NCBI GenBank assembly: GCA_910578735.1
Contig: CAJTSQ010000004.1
Location: 22,507 to 86,506 of the forward strand
Origin: an uncultured Oscillospiraceae bacterium
GTDB taxonomy: Bacteria > Bacillota > Clostridia > Oscillospirales > Oscillospiraceae
Direction of reading: 5' to 3'
Length of the DNA stretch: 64,000 nt
How positions within the stretch are numbered: the first letter of the stretch is position 1; the number at the start of each line of letters is the position of its first letter. The position numbers and the translations under genes are program-made. The notes below the pieces were generated by a model. It was not told where the DNA came from and ran no database searches. It saw only the letters and a list, made by a program, of their open reading frames with translations. This document shows positions 40,351-48,849 of this stretch, piece by piece.

Positions 40351-40744
40351 TTGAACGGTTCTCCTTTAGCAGATCGCGGATTTCCATCAGCAGCTTTTCT
40401 TCCCCGGAGGGCTCAGGAGGGGCGGCGGGAGGCTGGGGCTCCTCCTTCTTCCGGTGGAGCTTGTTCATCACCTTAATCATGCAGAAGACCACCAGCGCCA
40501 TAATGATGAAGTTCAGCACGGCCTGAATGAAGTTGCCATAGGTGATGACGGCTCCATTGACGGTGAAGGACAGGTCGGCGAAGGAGATGCTGTCGGTGAA
40601 GATGCCCAGGATAGGCATAATGATGTCGTTGATGAGGGAGGTGGTAATGGCGCTGAAAGCCCCGCCGATGATGACGCCTACGGCTAGGTCCATTACATTG
40701 CCCCGCATGGCAAAATCTTTGAACTCGGCAAGAAATTTTTTCAT
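40343..40744 (-). CDS. mscL: large-conductance mechanosensitive channel
   Basis: 133 aa. The signature is [23 protein letters not shown]. Confidence 0.95.
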   Translation of the reverse strand: MKKFLAEFKDFAMRGNVMDLAVGVIIGGAFSAITTSLINDIIMPILGIFTDSISFADLSFTVNGAVITYGNFIQAVLNFIIMALVVFCMIKVMNKLHRKKEEPQPPAAPPEPSGEEKLLMEIRDLLKENRSNA

Positions 40745-40770
40745 GGTACGCCTCCTTTTTGGTTTGCGCT

Positions 40771-41859
40771 TTATTGGTGCAGGGGGCTGGGGGTGACCTG
40801 CTTTTTAAAGGCTGCCCATAGCCGCTGCCACAGGAGGCTCCCTCCAATGACAGCCGGCAGGACAAGCAGCAGCTGCAGCAGGATTTGGGTGCCGTATCGG
40901 GTGATGGAGAGACGGGTGGCGGCGATATTGAACAGGGTGATGGCCAGACCGTGGTAGAGATAGATCAGGTAACCAGCCCGGTCAATCCGCTGTGCCAGGC
41001 GGAAGGTCCGCTTTGACTCGGCCAGTCGGAGGGCCAGGTCGGTGAGGTAGAGCAGACCGCTGATATAGTAGAGGATGTGGATCAGCTGGAGATAGGGGAT
41101 GTCGGCCCTCCCTGAGTAGCACAGGATGCATGCGGCGACGTTGAGCAGGGCGGAACTGAAAAACAGGGGGGAGATGACGGGCCGGTTTTGCTTCAGCAGG
41201 GTCAGGAACTCCTCATAGTGCGCTCCGGCGCAGCAGCCGGCCAGGTAGTAAAAGAGGTGGTCGGTGAAAAGATGCCCGGAGTGGAGGGCGGCCAGCCATT
41301 GGGGGACGGGTATGGATGCCGTGGCGAAGAACTGAGAGCTGAGTTGGGTGAGGATCAGGGCGGGGGGCAGCAGGATTACTGCAGAATACTGCTCCGCCAG
41401 CCGGCGGAACAGGGGGGTGAGAAGGGTGAATTGCAGCAGGACAATGACGAAGTAGAAGGGTGCGGACAGATCGCCCCGGATAATTCCCAAAACCAGCTCT
41501 TTCCAGGAGAAGGAGCGCCCATTCAACGCCATGAGGGTAAGATAGGTGATGATCGACGCAATTATATAGGGGGGGAGCAGCCGGGCGAGCCGGCTGCGGT
41601 AATATTGCGCCAAGGTCTTCCGCTTGGGATAGAAGGCGGTCATTTTCAGGCCGCTGAGGAAAAAGAAGCCCAGAAGGGAGACGCAGATCAGCCGTTGGAT
41701 AAAGATAATTAGGGCAAACTGCCAACTGAGCCGGTTCAGGCTGACTGCCGAGCGGGCCAGGATATGATATAAAAAGACACCGAGGCAGAACCATACATTG
41801 AGCAGCACCAGTTCATTGCGCCGTTTGGAAGGGAGCTTTTTTTGTGGTGTACCGTTCAT
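40771..41859 (-). CDS. acyltransferase family 3 membrane protein
   Basis: 362 aa with about 10 TM helices and an Acyl_transf_3-like N-terminus. It overlaps the serS stop by 4 nt. Confidence 0.8.
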   Translation of the reverse strand: MNGTPQKKLPSKRRNELVLLNVWFCLGVFLYHILARSAVSLNRLSWQFALIIFIQRLICVSLLGFFFLSGLKMTAFYPKRKTLAQYYRSRLARLLPPYIIASIITYLTLMALNGRSFSWKELVLGIIRGDLSAPFYFVIVLLQFTLLTPLFRRLAEQYSAVILLPPALILTQLSSQFFATASIPVPQWLAALHSGHLFTDHLFYYLAGCCAGAHYEEFLTLLKQNRPVISPLFFSSALLNVAACILCYSGRADIPYLQLIHILYYISGLLYLTDLALRLAESKRTFRLAQRIDRAGYLIYLYHGLAITLFNIAATRLSITRYGTQILLQLLLVLPAVIGGSLLWQRLWAAFKKQVTPSPLHQ

Positions 41860-43157
41860 TTTTTGGGAACCATGCGCTCCAGGCCGCCCATGTAGGGCTG
41901 GAGCACCTTGGGAATGAGAACGCTGCCGTCGGCCTGGAGGTTGTTCTCCAGCAGGGCGATGAGCATCCGGGGAGGAGCCACTACAGTATTGTTCAGGGTG
42001 TGGGGCAGGTAGGTGCCCTTCTCACCCTTTACCCGCATTTTCAGTCTCCTCGCCTGGGCGTCGCCCAGGTTGGAGCAGGAGCAGACCTCAAAATACTTCT
42101 TCTGCCGGGGGGACCAGGCCTCAATGTCGCAGGACTTCACCTTCAAGTCGGCCAGGTCGCCGGAGCAGCACTCCAGCTGCCGCACGGGGATGTCCAGGGA
42201 GCGGAACAGCTCCACCGAGTAGCGCCACATTTTCTCATACCAGTCCATAGAGTCCTCGGGCCGGCACACCACGATCATCTCCTGCTTCTCGAACTGGTGG
42301 ATGCGGTAGACCCCCCGCTCCTCGATGCCGTGGGAGCCCTTCTCCTTCCGGAAGCAGGGGGAGTAGGAGGTGAGGGTCTGGGGCAGGGAGGCCTCGGGGA
42401 TGATCTGGTCAATGAATTTGCCGATCATGGAGTGCTCGCTGGTGCCGATGAGGTACAGGTCCTCCCCCTCGATCTTATACATCATGGCCTCCATATCGGT
42501 CTGAGACATGACGCCCTCCACCACGTTGCCATGGATCATGAAGGGGGGGATGCAGAAGGTGAAGCCCTTGTTGATCATAAAATCCCGGGCGTAGGCCAGC
42601 ACTGCCTCATGGAGCCGGGCCACATTCCCCAGCAGGTAGTAGAAGCCGTTGCCCGACACCCGGCCGGCGGCGTCCATGTCCACCCCGTTGAAGGACTCCA
42701 TGATCTCGGTGTGGTAGGGGATCTCAAAGTCGGGCACCGCGGGTTCGCCGAACCGCTCCACCTCTACGTTGGCGCTGTCATCGGGCCCAATGGGGACGGA
42801 GGGGTCGATGATGTTGGGGATGACCAGCATGATCTTTCTGATTTCTTCGGCCAGCTGGGCCTCCTTCTGCTCCAGCTCGGCCAGACGGTCGGCGTTGGCC
42901 TTTACCTGGGCCTTGGCCTCCTCCGCCTCGTCCAGCTTGGAGGGGTCCTTCTTGGCCTGACCCATGAGCATGCCCACCTTCTTGCTGAGGGTGTTCCGGG
43001 CGGCTCGGAGCTCGTTGGCCTCAGACATGGCGGCCCGGTTTTCCGCATCCAGCTTCAGCACTTGGTCCACCAGGGGGAGCTTCTCCTCCTGGAATTTCTT
43101 TTTGATGTTCTCCTTTACGGCTTCGGGATTCTCCCGGATAAAACGGATGTCAAGCAT
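41856..43157 (-). CDS. serS: serine--tRNA ligase
   Basis: 433 aa. It has an N-terminal coiled coil and class II motifs (FRKEKGSHG, TLNNTVVA). Confidence 0.97.
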   Translation of the reverse strand: MLDIRFIRENPEAVKENIKKKFQEEKLPLVDQVLKLDAENRAAMSEANELRAARNTLSKKVGMLMGQAKKDPSKLDEAEEAKAQVKANADRLAELEQKEAQLAEEIRKIMLVIPNIIDPSVPIGPDDSANVEVERFGEPAVPDFEIPYHTEIMESFNGVDMDAAGRVSGNGFYYLLGNVARLHEAVLAYARDFMINKGFTFCIPPFMIHGNVVEGVMSQTDMEAMMYKIEGEDLYLIGTSEHSMIGKFIDQIIPEASLPQTLTSYSPCFRKEKGSHGIEERGVYRIHQFEKQEMIVVCRPEDSMDWYEKMWRYSVELFRSLDIPVRQLECCSGDLADLKVKSCDIEAWSPRQKKYFEVCSCSNLGDAQARRLKMRVKGEKGTYLPHTLNNTVVAPPRMLIALLENNLQADGSVLIPKVLQPYMGGLERMVPKK

Positions 43158-43183
43158 TGCAGTTCTCTCCTTGTTAAATGTTA

Positions 43184-43199
43184 TGTTTCACGTGAAACA
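43184..43199. promoter_or_regulatory. parS: parS site
   Basis: TGTTTCACGTGAAACA is a perfect match to TGTTNCACGTGAAACA. It lies between orf217 and serS. Confidence 0.85.
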
Positions 43200-43206
43200 T
43201 GGCGTC

Positions 43207-43860
43207 TCACTTTATGAGCTTGTCCCGGATTTCCTGGTAGCGGTCTGCCGGGGAGAAGCGGTTGTTGTCGGTGATGCTCTCCTTGGGCAGGGAACCTTGC
43301 AGTCCGGCGGCTTCTATGGACTGAATCAGCTCCCGGCACAGCTTATACCGGCCCCGGACATAGGCCTCGTTGATCTGCCAGAACCAGTCCATGGCCTGGA
43401 GGGATTTCTCAGCTTCAGACTGGGCCTGCTGGGCGGCGGTGGAATGCTCTTCCAGCTGGTCACAGCGCTGCTGGAGGCTCTCAGACTGGCTCTCCAGCTC
43501 CGCCACCTGATTTTTCAGCTGCTCGTTGGTCTGGATCATTCCCTGAAGTGTCTGAAGGGCGGAGGCGGACTGCTTCAGATCGTCGATCTGCTGCTGGCTC
43601 TGCCGCCGCTCCATCATGAAGGTGAACAGCAGCAGCAGGAAGGCCGCGCAAAAGAGGATTGCGATATATTGAAATACTGAGTTGCGCCGCCGGCGCTGCT
43701 GGGCTTTGCGGCGGCGGGCGTCCTGGTCGCCGGCAGGGGGGCGGTGGTCAGAGGCGGGAGGACGCCGGTCCGGGGAGGGGGGACGCCGGTCCTTTCGCGG
43801 ACTGGAGGGGAAACGATCGGCATCCTCAATGAAGGGCTCGCTGCGCCGCTTGTCAGCCAT
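43207..43860 (-). CDS. membrane-anchored coiled-coil protein with an Arg/Pro-repeat N-terminus (217 aa)
   Basis: The ATG at 43860 has a GGGAGGTGG SD and overlaps the parB stop. It has three D(R/H)RPP repeats, one TM helix (IAILFCAAFLLLLFTFMM) and a Gln-rich coiled coil. It may be DUF4446-like, but this is not verified. Confidence 0.6.
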   Translation of the reverse strand: MADKRRSEPFIEDADRFPSSPRKDRRPPSPDRRPPASDHRPPAGDQDARRRKAQQRRRRNSVFQYIAILFCAAFLLLLFTFMMERRQSQQQIDDLKQSASALQTLQGMIQTNEQLKNQVAELESQSESLQQRCDQLEEHSTAAQQAQSEAEKSLQAMDWFWQINEAYVRGRYKLCRELIQSIEAAGLQGSLPKESITDNNRFSPADRYQEIRDKLIK

Positions 43861-44746
43861 CCTGCCCACCTCCCTGGAGTTTTAGACCTTGGAGCAGGGC
43901 CAGCAGGGCCTCCAGGTCCTGTTCGTTGTAGTACTCCAATTCGATCCGGCCCTTTTTGCCCCTGTGGGCAATCCGGACCTTGCGGCCCAGCCGGCCGCCC
44001 AGGTCCTTCTCCAGCTCTCCCAGGTAGAGAGAAAGGTCCGGTCCTGACTCCTTGGGCTTGATCTTTTTTTCTGCCTGTAGGGTTTTGATCAGGGCCTCTG
44101 TCTGCCGTACGGAGAGCTGGCCCTCCACCACCCGTTTGGCCGCCTCCCGCTGGAGGGCAGAGGTGGGCGCGCCCAGAATGGCCCGGGCGTGTCCGGCGGA
44201 TAGGGTCCCCTCCTCGACCAGGGCCATGACCTCCTGGGGCAGGGCCAGCAAGCGGAGGGTATTGGTGATGGCGGGCCGGGACTTGCCCATCTGCTGGGCC
44301 ACCTGCTCTTGGGTCAGGCCGTATTCCTCCATCAGGGTTTGGTAGCCCCGGGCTTCTTCTGCAGGGTTCAGGTCCTCCCGCTGGAGATTTTCGATTAACC
44401 CCAGCTCCATCACCTTTCGGTCGTCCGCCTCAATGATGACGGCGGGCACCTCTTGGAGCCCGGCAGCCTTCGCCGCCCGCCACCGACGTTCGCCGGCGAT
44501 GATCTGGTAGTAGCCGGAGGACAGCCGCCGTACGGTGAGGGGTTGGATGATTCCGTGGACCCGGATGGATTCCGCCAGGTCATCCAGAGACTCCTGGTCA
44601 AACCGCTTTCGGGGCTGGTTCAGCCCGGGCTCCACCTGTGAGATGGGGAGGGCGACCGAGCCCTCGTTCTGAATGGGCAGCTCCGGATCACCCAGCAGGG
44701 CATTGAGCCCCCGGCCCAGGCCAAGTTCTGTCTTGCGTTTAGCCAT
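43853..44746 (-). CDS. spo0J: chromosome partitioning protein ParB/Spo0J
   Basis: 297 aa. It has the ParB box GIIQPLTVRR...YQIIAGERRWRAA and an HTH. Confidence 0.95.
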   Translation of the reverse strand: MAKRKTELGLGRGLNALLGDPELPIQNEGSVALPISQVEPGLNQPRKRFDQESLDDLAESIRVHGIIQPLTVRRLSSGYYQIIAGERRWRAAKAAGLQEVPAVIIEADDRKVMELGLIENLQREDLNPAEEARGYQTLMEEYGLTQEQVAQQMGKSRPAITNTLRLLALPQEVMALVEEGTLSAGHARAILGAPTSALQREAAKRVVEGQLSVRQTEALIKTLQAEKKIKPKESGPDLSLYLGELEKDLGGRLGRKVRIAHRGKKGRIELEYYNEQDLEALLALLQGLKLQGGGQDG

Positions 44747-44750
44747 ATTT

Positions 44751-45503
44751 TTACCTCGCGATCATTTCTTCCGCCAGCATCCGGTAGGCCTCTGCCCCCC
44801 GGGAGTAGGGGTCGTAGGCGGAGATGGGCTTGCCGTGGCTGGGGGCCTCGGACAGGCGGACGTTCCGGGGGATGACGGTGGCATAGACCTGACCAGGGAA
44901 GTGGCGCTTGACCTCCTCCGCCACCTGGAGGGACAGGTTGGTCCGGCTGTCGAACATGGTAAGCAGGACTCCCTCCATGGCCAGGGCTGGATTTAGCTTC
45001 CGCTTCACCAGCCGGACGGTGGCCAGCAGGTCGCTCAGCCCCTCCAGGGCATAGTACTCGCACTGGACCGGCACAAGGAGCGTGTGGGCGGCGCAGAGAG
45101 CGTTGACGGTGAGCAGCTCCAGAGAAGGGGGGCAGTCAATAAAGATGAAATCGTACTGATCGCCCAGGCTGTCCAGGGCCTGCTTTAACAGGGTCTCCCG
45201 GCTGTCTATGCCGATCATCTCAATCCCCGCCCCGGCCAGCGCCTTGTTTGAGGGGAGAACGTCGCCAAACTTGGTAGAGACAATGGCCTTGACCGGGTCT
45301 GCGTCGCTGATGAGCAGGTCATAGACGTTGGGGGAGGCGGTATTTTTGTCCACCCCCATACCGGAGGTGGCGTTGGCCTGGGGGTCGAAATCGCACAGAA
45401 GCACCCGCTTACCCAGGCCATGGAGGGCGGCCGTGATATTGACAGTGGTTGTTGTCTTGCCCACGCCGCCCTTTTGGTTGACAACAGCAATGATTTTAGC
45501 CAT
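44751..45503 (-). CDS. soj: chromosome partitioning ATPase ParA/Soj
   Basis: The ATG at 45503 has a GAGGAGGG SD. It begins MAKIIAVVNQKGGVGKTTT. Confidence 0.95.
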   Translation of the reverse strand: MAKIIAVVNQKGGVGKTTTTVNITAALHGLGKRVLLCDFDPQANATSGMGVDKNTASPNVYDLLISDADPVKAIVSTKFGDVLPSNKALAGAGIEMIGIDSRETLLKQALDSLGDQYDFIFIDCPPSLELLTVNALCAAHTLLVPVQCEYYALEGLSDLLATVRLVKRKLNPALAMEGVLLTMFDSRTNLSLQVAEEVKRHFPGQVYATVIPRNVRLSEAPSHGKPISAYDPYSRGAEAYRMLAEEMIAR

Positions 45504-45600
45504 GAGAAGGGCCCTCCTCGGGAAATATAGAAATAGTTGGGATGTGCAATTTCTCATTATATCAATCGCCGCTGAGGATTTCAACTGTTTTTATATTTTT

Positions 45601-45641
45601 CTTAGAAAAAGAACATTGGAGCCGCTTGTGCGGCTCCAATG
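45601..45641 (-). terminator. intrinsic terminator after noc
   Basis: A 12-bp stem CATTGGAGCCGC/GCGGCTCCAATG is followed on the minus strand by TTCTTTTTCT. Its base overlaps parS by 2 nt. Confidence 0.7.
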
Positions 45642-45655
45642 TTCCACGTGAAACA
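45640..45655. promoter_or_regulatory. parS: parS site
   Basis: TGTTCCACGTGAAACA is identical to the B. subtilis consensus site. It directly abuts the noc stop codon. Confidence 0.9.
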
Positions 45656-46474
45656 TTACCCCGCCCTGCGGGGAATGCGTATGGTGAGGGTGATCTCCTC
45701 CTCAGAGTCCTGGCGGCTGCACTGGGCGTCCACTCCGGCGGAACGCATCAGGTCCAAACTCCGGGTGAGGGTGTTGAGAAAGAGGCGGACATCTTTTACA
45801 ATAAAGGTGGGGCGTTTGCGGGGCGGGGCCGGCCGGCCGGACAACAGCCCGTCCACCATAGTCTCGGTCTGAGCCACGGTGAGACCCTGCTCCACCACCT
45901 GGCGGGCCCCATCCAGCTGCTGCTCCGGGGTATCCAGCCGCAGCAGGGCCCGGGCATGGCGTTCGGTGGCGCCGCCGTCCCGAAGGAGGGAGAGGGCCTG
46001 CTGGGGCAGCTTCAGCAGCCGCAGCTTGTTGGCTACAGCGGACTGGCTCTTGCCAATGCGCCGGGCTGCCTCCTCCTGGGAGATGTGGTAGGTGTCGATA
46101 AGGCGGCGCAAGGCCAGCGACTCCTCCCAGAAGTCCAGGTCCCGGCGCTGGAGATTTTCAATCAAGGCCAGCAGAGAGGAGGACTGGCCGTCGGTCTGAA
46201 CGGAGAGACAGGGCACCTCCTCCAAGCCGGCCAGGCGGGCAGCCCGGAGACGGCGCTCTCCGGCCACCAGTTCCCACTGGCCGTCCTGGCGGCGCACAGT
46301 AAGGGGCTGGAGCACCCCCATAGCCTGAATGGAGCTGGCCAGTTCCTCCAACCCAACAGGGTCAAAAGAACGCCGGGGCTGGTCAGGGTTGGGCTGAATG
46401 GCGTCTACCGGGAGAAAAAGCACCCGTCCGCTCTCAAAGAGCCCCTTTTTGGTCCGTGGCCACATAGAGGACAC
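45656..46474 (-). CDS. noc: ParB-family nucleoid occlusion protein Noc-like
   Basis: 272 aa. It has a ParB N-terminal domain (GVLQPLTVRR...ELVAGERRLRAA) and an HTH. It is encoded immediately upstream of soj-spo0J. Confidence 0.85.
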   Translation of the reverse strand: MSSMWPRTKKGLFESGRVLFLPVDAIQPNPDQPRRSFDPVGLEELASSIQAMGVLQPLTVRRQDGQWELVAGERRLRAARLAGLEEVPCLSVQTDGQSSSLLALIENLQRRDLDFWEESLALRRLIDTYHISQEEAARRIGKSQSAVANKLRLLKLPQQALSLLRDGGATERHARALLRLDTPEQQLDGARQVVEQGLTVAQTETMVDGLLSGRPAPPRKRPTFIVKDVRLFLNTLTRSLDLMRSAGVDAQCSRQDSEEEITLTIRIPRRAG

Positions 46475-46649
46475 ATCCTTCCTTTGTATTATTTGTGCAG
46501 GACTGTTATTAGTTTACCATAAATTGGAAAATAAGAGGTCGAATCCCGGAGGCTGCAAAAAATTTCCTGGGAAAGCCCGCCGGGAGGAAAATTGCCGAAA
46601 GACACAAGAATCACTGAAAAAAATTGTGTAAGATGTGGAAAAATAGGGA

Positions 46650-46678
46650 TTGAAAGCGGAATGAATTTCTTGTACAAT
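46650..46678 (+). promoter_or_regulatory. putative promoter of the xpt operon
   Basis: TTGAAA (46650-46655), 17-nt spacer, TACAAT (46673-46678). Confidence 0.45.
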
Positions 46679-46706
46679 GTAGATGTGGATTTTTGGCGTA
46701 TACGGT

Positions 46707-46739
46707 GTGGCCCAGAGGAGCGGGCCACTGTCATTTTTT
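46707..46739 (+). terminator. leader terminator/attenuator upstream of xpt
   Basis: GTGGCCC-AGAGGAGC-GGGCCAC is followed by TGTCATTTTTT. It lies 20 nt before the xpt ATG. Confidence 0.6.
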
Positions 46740-46758
46740 CAGAAAGGCGGCGCGGCCT

Positions 46759-47334
46759 ATGGAGCTGCTCAAGGAGCGCATTCGAAGGGATGGCACAGTG
46801 AAGGGGAACGATGTACTGAAGGTGGACAGTTTTCTGAACCACCAGATGGATATTGCGCTTTTTGAAGAGATCGGCCGGGAATTTCTGCGCCGGTTTGCGG
46901 ACTGTGGCGTGAACAAGATTTTGACCATCGAGGCCTCCGGCATCGGGATCGCTTGTGTCACGGCGCAGTCCTTTCACTGTCCGGTGGTCTTCGCCAAGAA
47001 GAGCCAGACCAGGAATATCGACGGCGGAGTGTATGTTACCAGGGTGGAGTCCTTCACCCACGGGAAGGTATACGACGTGATTGTCTCAAAGAAGTTCCTG
47101 GGTCCGGAGGACAATGTGCTTATCATCGACGATTTTCTGGCCAATGGCGCGGCCCTGGAGGGACTCATCGACTTGGTGAACCAGGCCGGAGCCCGGCTGG
47201 CCGGGGCGGGTATCGTGATCGAGAAGGCCTTTCAGCCCGGCGGCGAGCGCCTGCGGTCCAAAGGGGTCCGGGTGGAGTCCCTGGCACGGGTGGCCTCCAT
47301 GAGTGAGAAGGACGGCGTGAGATTTGTGGATTAA
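46759..47334 (+). CDS. xpt: xanthine phosphoribosyltransferase
   Basis: ATG 46759 begins MELLKERIRRDGTV..GNDVLKVDSFLNHQMD. The PRPP motif is VLIIDDFLANG. Confidence 0.9.
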   Translation: MELLKERIRRDGTVKGNDVLKVDSFLNHQMDIALFEEIGREFLRRFADCGVNKILTIEASGIGIACVTAQSFHCPVVFAKKSQTRNIDGGVYVTRVESFTHGKVYDVIVSKKFLGPEDNVLIIDDFLANGAALEGLIDLVNQAGARLAGAGIVIEKAFQPGGERLRSKGVRVESLARVASMSEKDGVRFVD

Positions 47335-47354
47335 AACCGGAACCCTCCGGTTTT
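47333..47354 (+). terminator. weak hairpin after xpt
   Basis: AACCGGA-ACCC-TCCGGTT followed by TT. Confidence 0.4.
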
Positions 47355-47405
47355 AATATATTAAGGTAGGAATGAAACGAACTGTACTTTGAAGGAGGAA
47401 ACAGA

Positions 47406-48680
47406 ATGAAGAAAATCCTTGCGCTGGCTCTGGCTGCGGCCATGAGCCTGTCCCTGGTTGCCTGCGGCGGCGGCAACGGCAACAACGGCAGCTCCGCCAG
47501 CAACCCCGGCTCCGCCAGCAGCGCGGGCAGCGACGTCTCCACCCCCGCGGGCGGCCAGTCTGACATTAAGGTGGGTGCCGTCTACATCACCAGCCAGAAC
47601 GACGTGGCCGGCTACACCTTCCAGCACCACAACGGCATCACCACCGCCATGAAGTCCCTGGGCCTGGACCCCGCCGACCTGATCGTGGTGGACAACGTGC
47701 CTGACAACGACGACACCGCCGTGGCCACCGCCATCGACACTGTGGTCAACCAGGGGGCCGATATCGTCTTCGGTATTTCCTTCGGCTATATCCAGCCCAT
47801 GGCCGACAAGGCGGAGGAGTATAAGGACGTGATCTTCTCCCACGGCACCGGCTATCTGGCCAACGACACCAACTTCAATAACTACTTCGGCCGTATCTAC
47901 CAGGCCCGCTACCTGGCCGGTATCGCTGCCGGTATGAAGTCCCTGGAGCTGGGGAATAACTCCATCGGCTATGTGGCCGCCTTTAACCTGGACTACGCCG
48001 AGACCTGCTCCGGCATCAACGCCTTCGCCCTGGGCGCCCAGTCCGCCAACCCCGAGGCGGTGGTCCATGTGAATGTGATCAACACCTGGGGCGACGAGAG
48101 TCTGGAGCGCCAGGCCGCTCAGGCCCTGATCGACAGCTACAACTGCTGTGTCATCTCCCAGCACTGCGACTCCGCCCAGCCCCAGCTGGTGGCCCAGGAG
48201 AACAATGTTTTTGGCTGCGGCTACAACTCCGACATGACCGAGCAGGCCCCCAACGCCCACATGACCTCTGCCATCTGGCACTGGAACGTATACTATGAGA
48301 CCGCCATCAAGGCCGCTATGGCCTGCAACGGCGACGCCTCCAAGTTTGTGGAGAACATGGGCGGCAACGCCTACTACGCCGGCCTGGCCGAGGGCTTTGT
48401 GGACGCCTCTCCCCTGAACGAGTCCGTCGCCGCCCCCAACACCAAGGCCGTGATGGACGCGGTCCGGGAGCTCATCGTCTCCGGCGAGTGGGACGTGTTC
48501 TCCGGCGTAAAGTTGAGCTACAACATCAGCGAGGACGGCTCTGTGGAAATCGTCAAGACCGACGCTGACCTAGTGGATAACGCGGGCAATGTCATCGTAG
48601 CCGCCGGCGGCCCCTCGGTGGACGACGGCGTCATCAAGGGCAGCATGAACTATAACGTAGCGGGCGTGCAGGAGGGCTAA
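47406..48680 (+). CDS. BMP-family (PnrA-like) nucleoside ABC transporter substrate-binding lipoprotein
   Basis: 424 aa with lipobox LSLVACGG and a Gly/Ser/Asn linker. Confidence 0.9.
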   Translation: MKKILALALAAAMSLSLVACGGGNGNNGSSASNPGSASSAGSDVSTPAGGQSDIKVGAVYITSQNDVAGYTFQHHNGITTAMKSLGLDPADLIVVDNVPDNDDTAVATAIDTVVNQGADIVFGISFGYIQPMADKAEEYKDVIFSHGTGYLANDTNFNNYFGRIYQARYLAGIAAGMKSLELGNNSIGYVAAFNLDYAETCSGINAFALGAQSANPEAVVHVNVINTWGDESLERQAAQALIDSYNCCVISQHCDSAQPQLVAQENNVFGCGYNSDMTEQAPNAHMTSAIWHWNVYYETAIKAAMACNGDASKFVENMGGNAYYAGLAEGFVDASPLNESVAAPNTKAVMDAVRELIVSGEWDVFSGVKLSYNISEDGSVEIVKTDADLVDNAGNVIVAAGGPSVDDGVIKGSMNYNVAGVQEG

Positions 48681-48849
48681 GACCTCCCGCCCGGCAAAAT
48701 GCAGACCCGAACCGGGCCGGCCGGAATCTCCGGCCGGCCTGTGGTCTATATGGAATATTATGTGGGGTCCGGCCACACGGGCGGGCCAGCTTCCACAAAT
48801 GACCCGCCGGGGTCGGCGGGTCCCACAGGGAGAGAGGGAAGGAGACCGA

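Noticed and set aside
46600-46758. Expected guanine/purine riboswitch upstream of xpt
   Set aside because: The leader is too short and lacks the conserved aptamer junction sequences. Only a promoter and a terminator hairpin could be supported, so it is reported as a finding instead.
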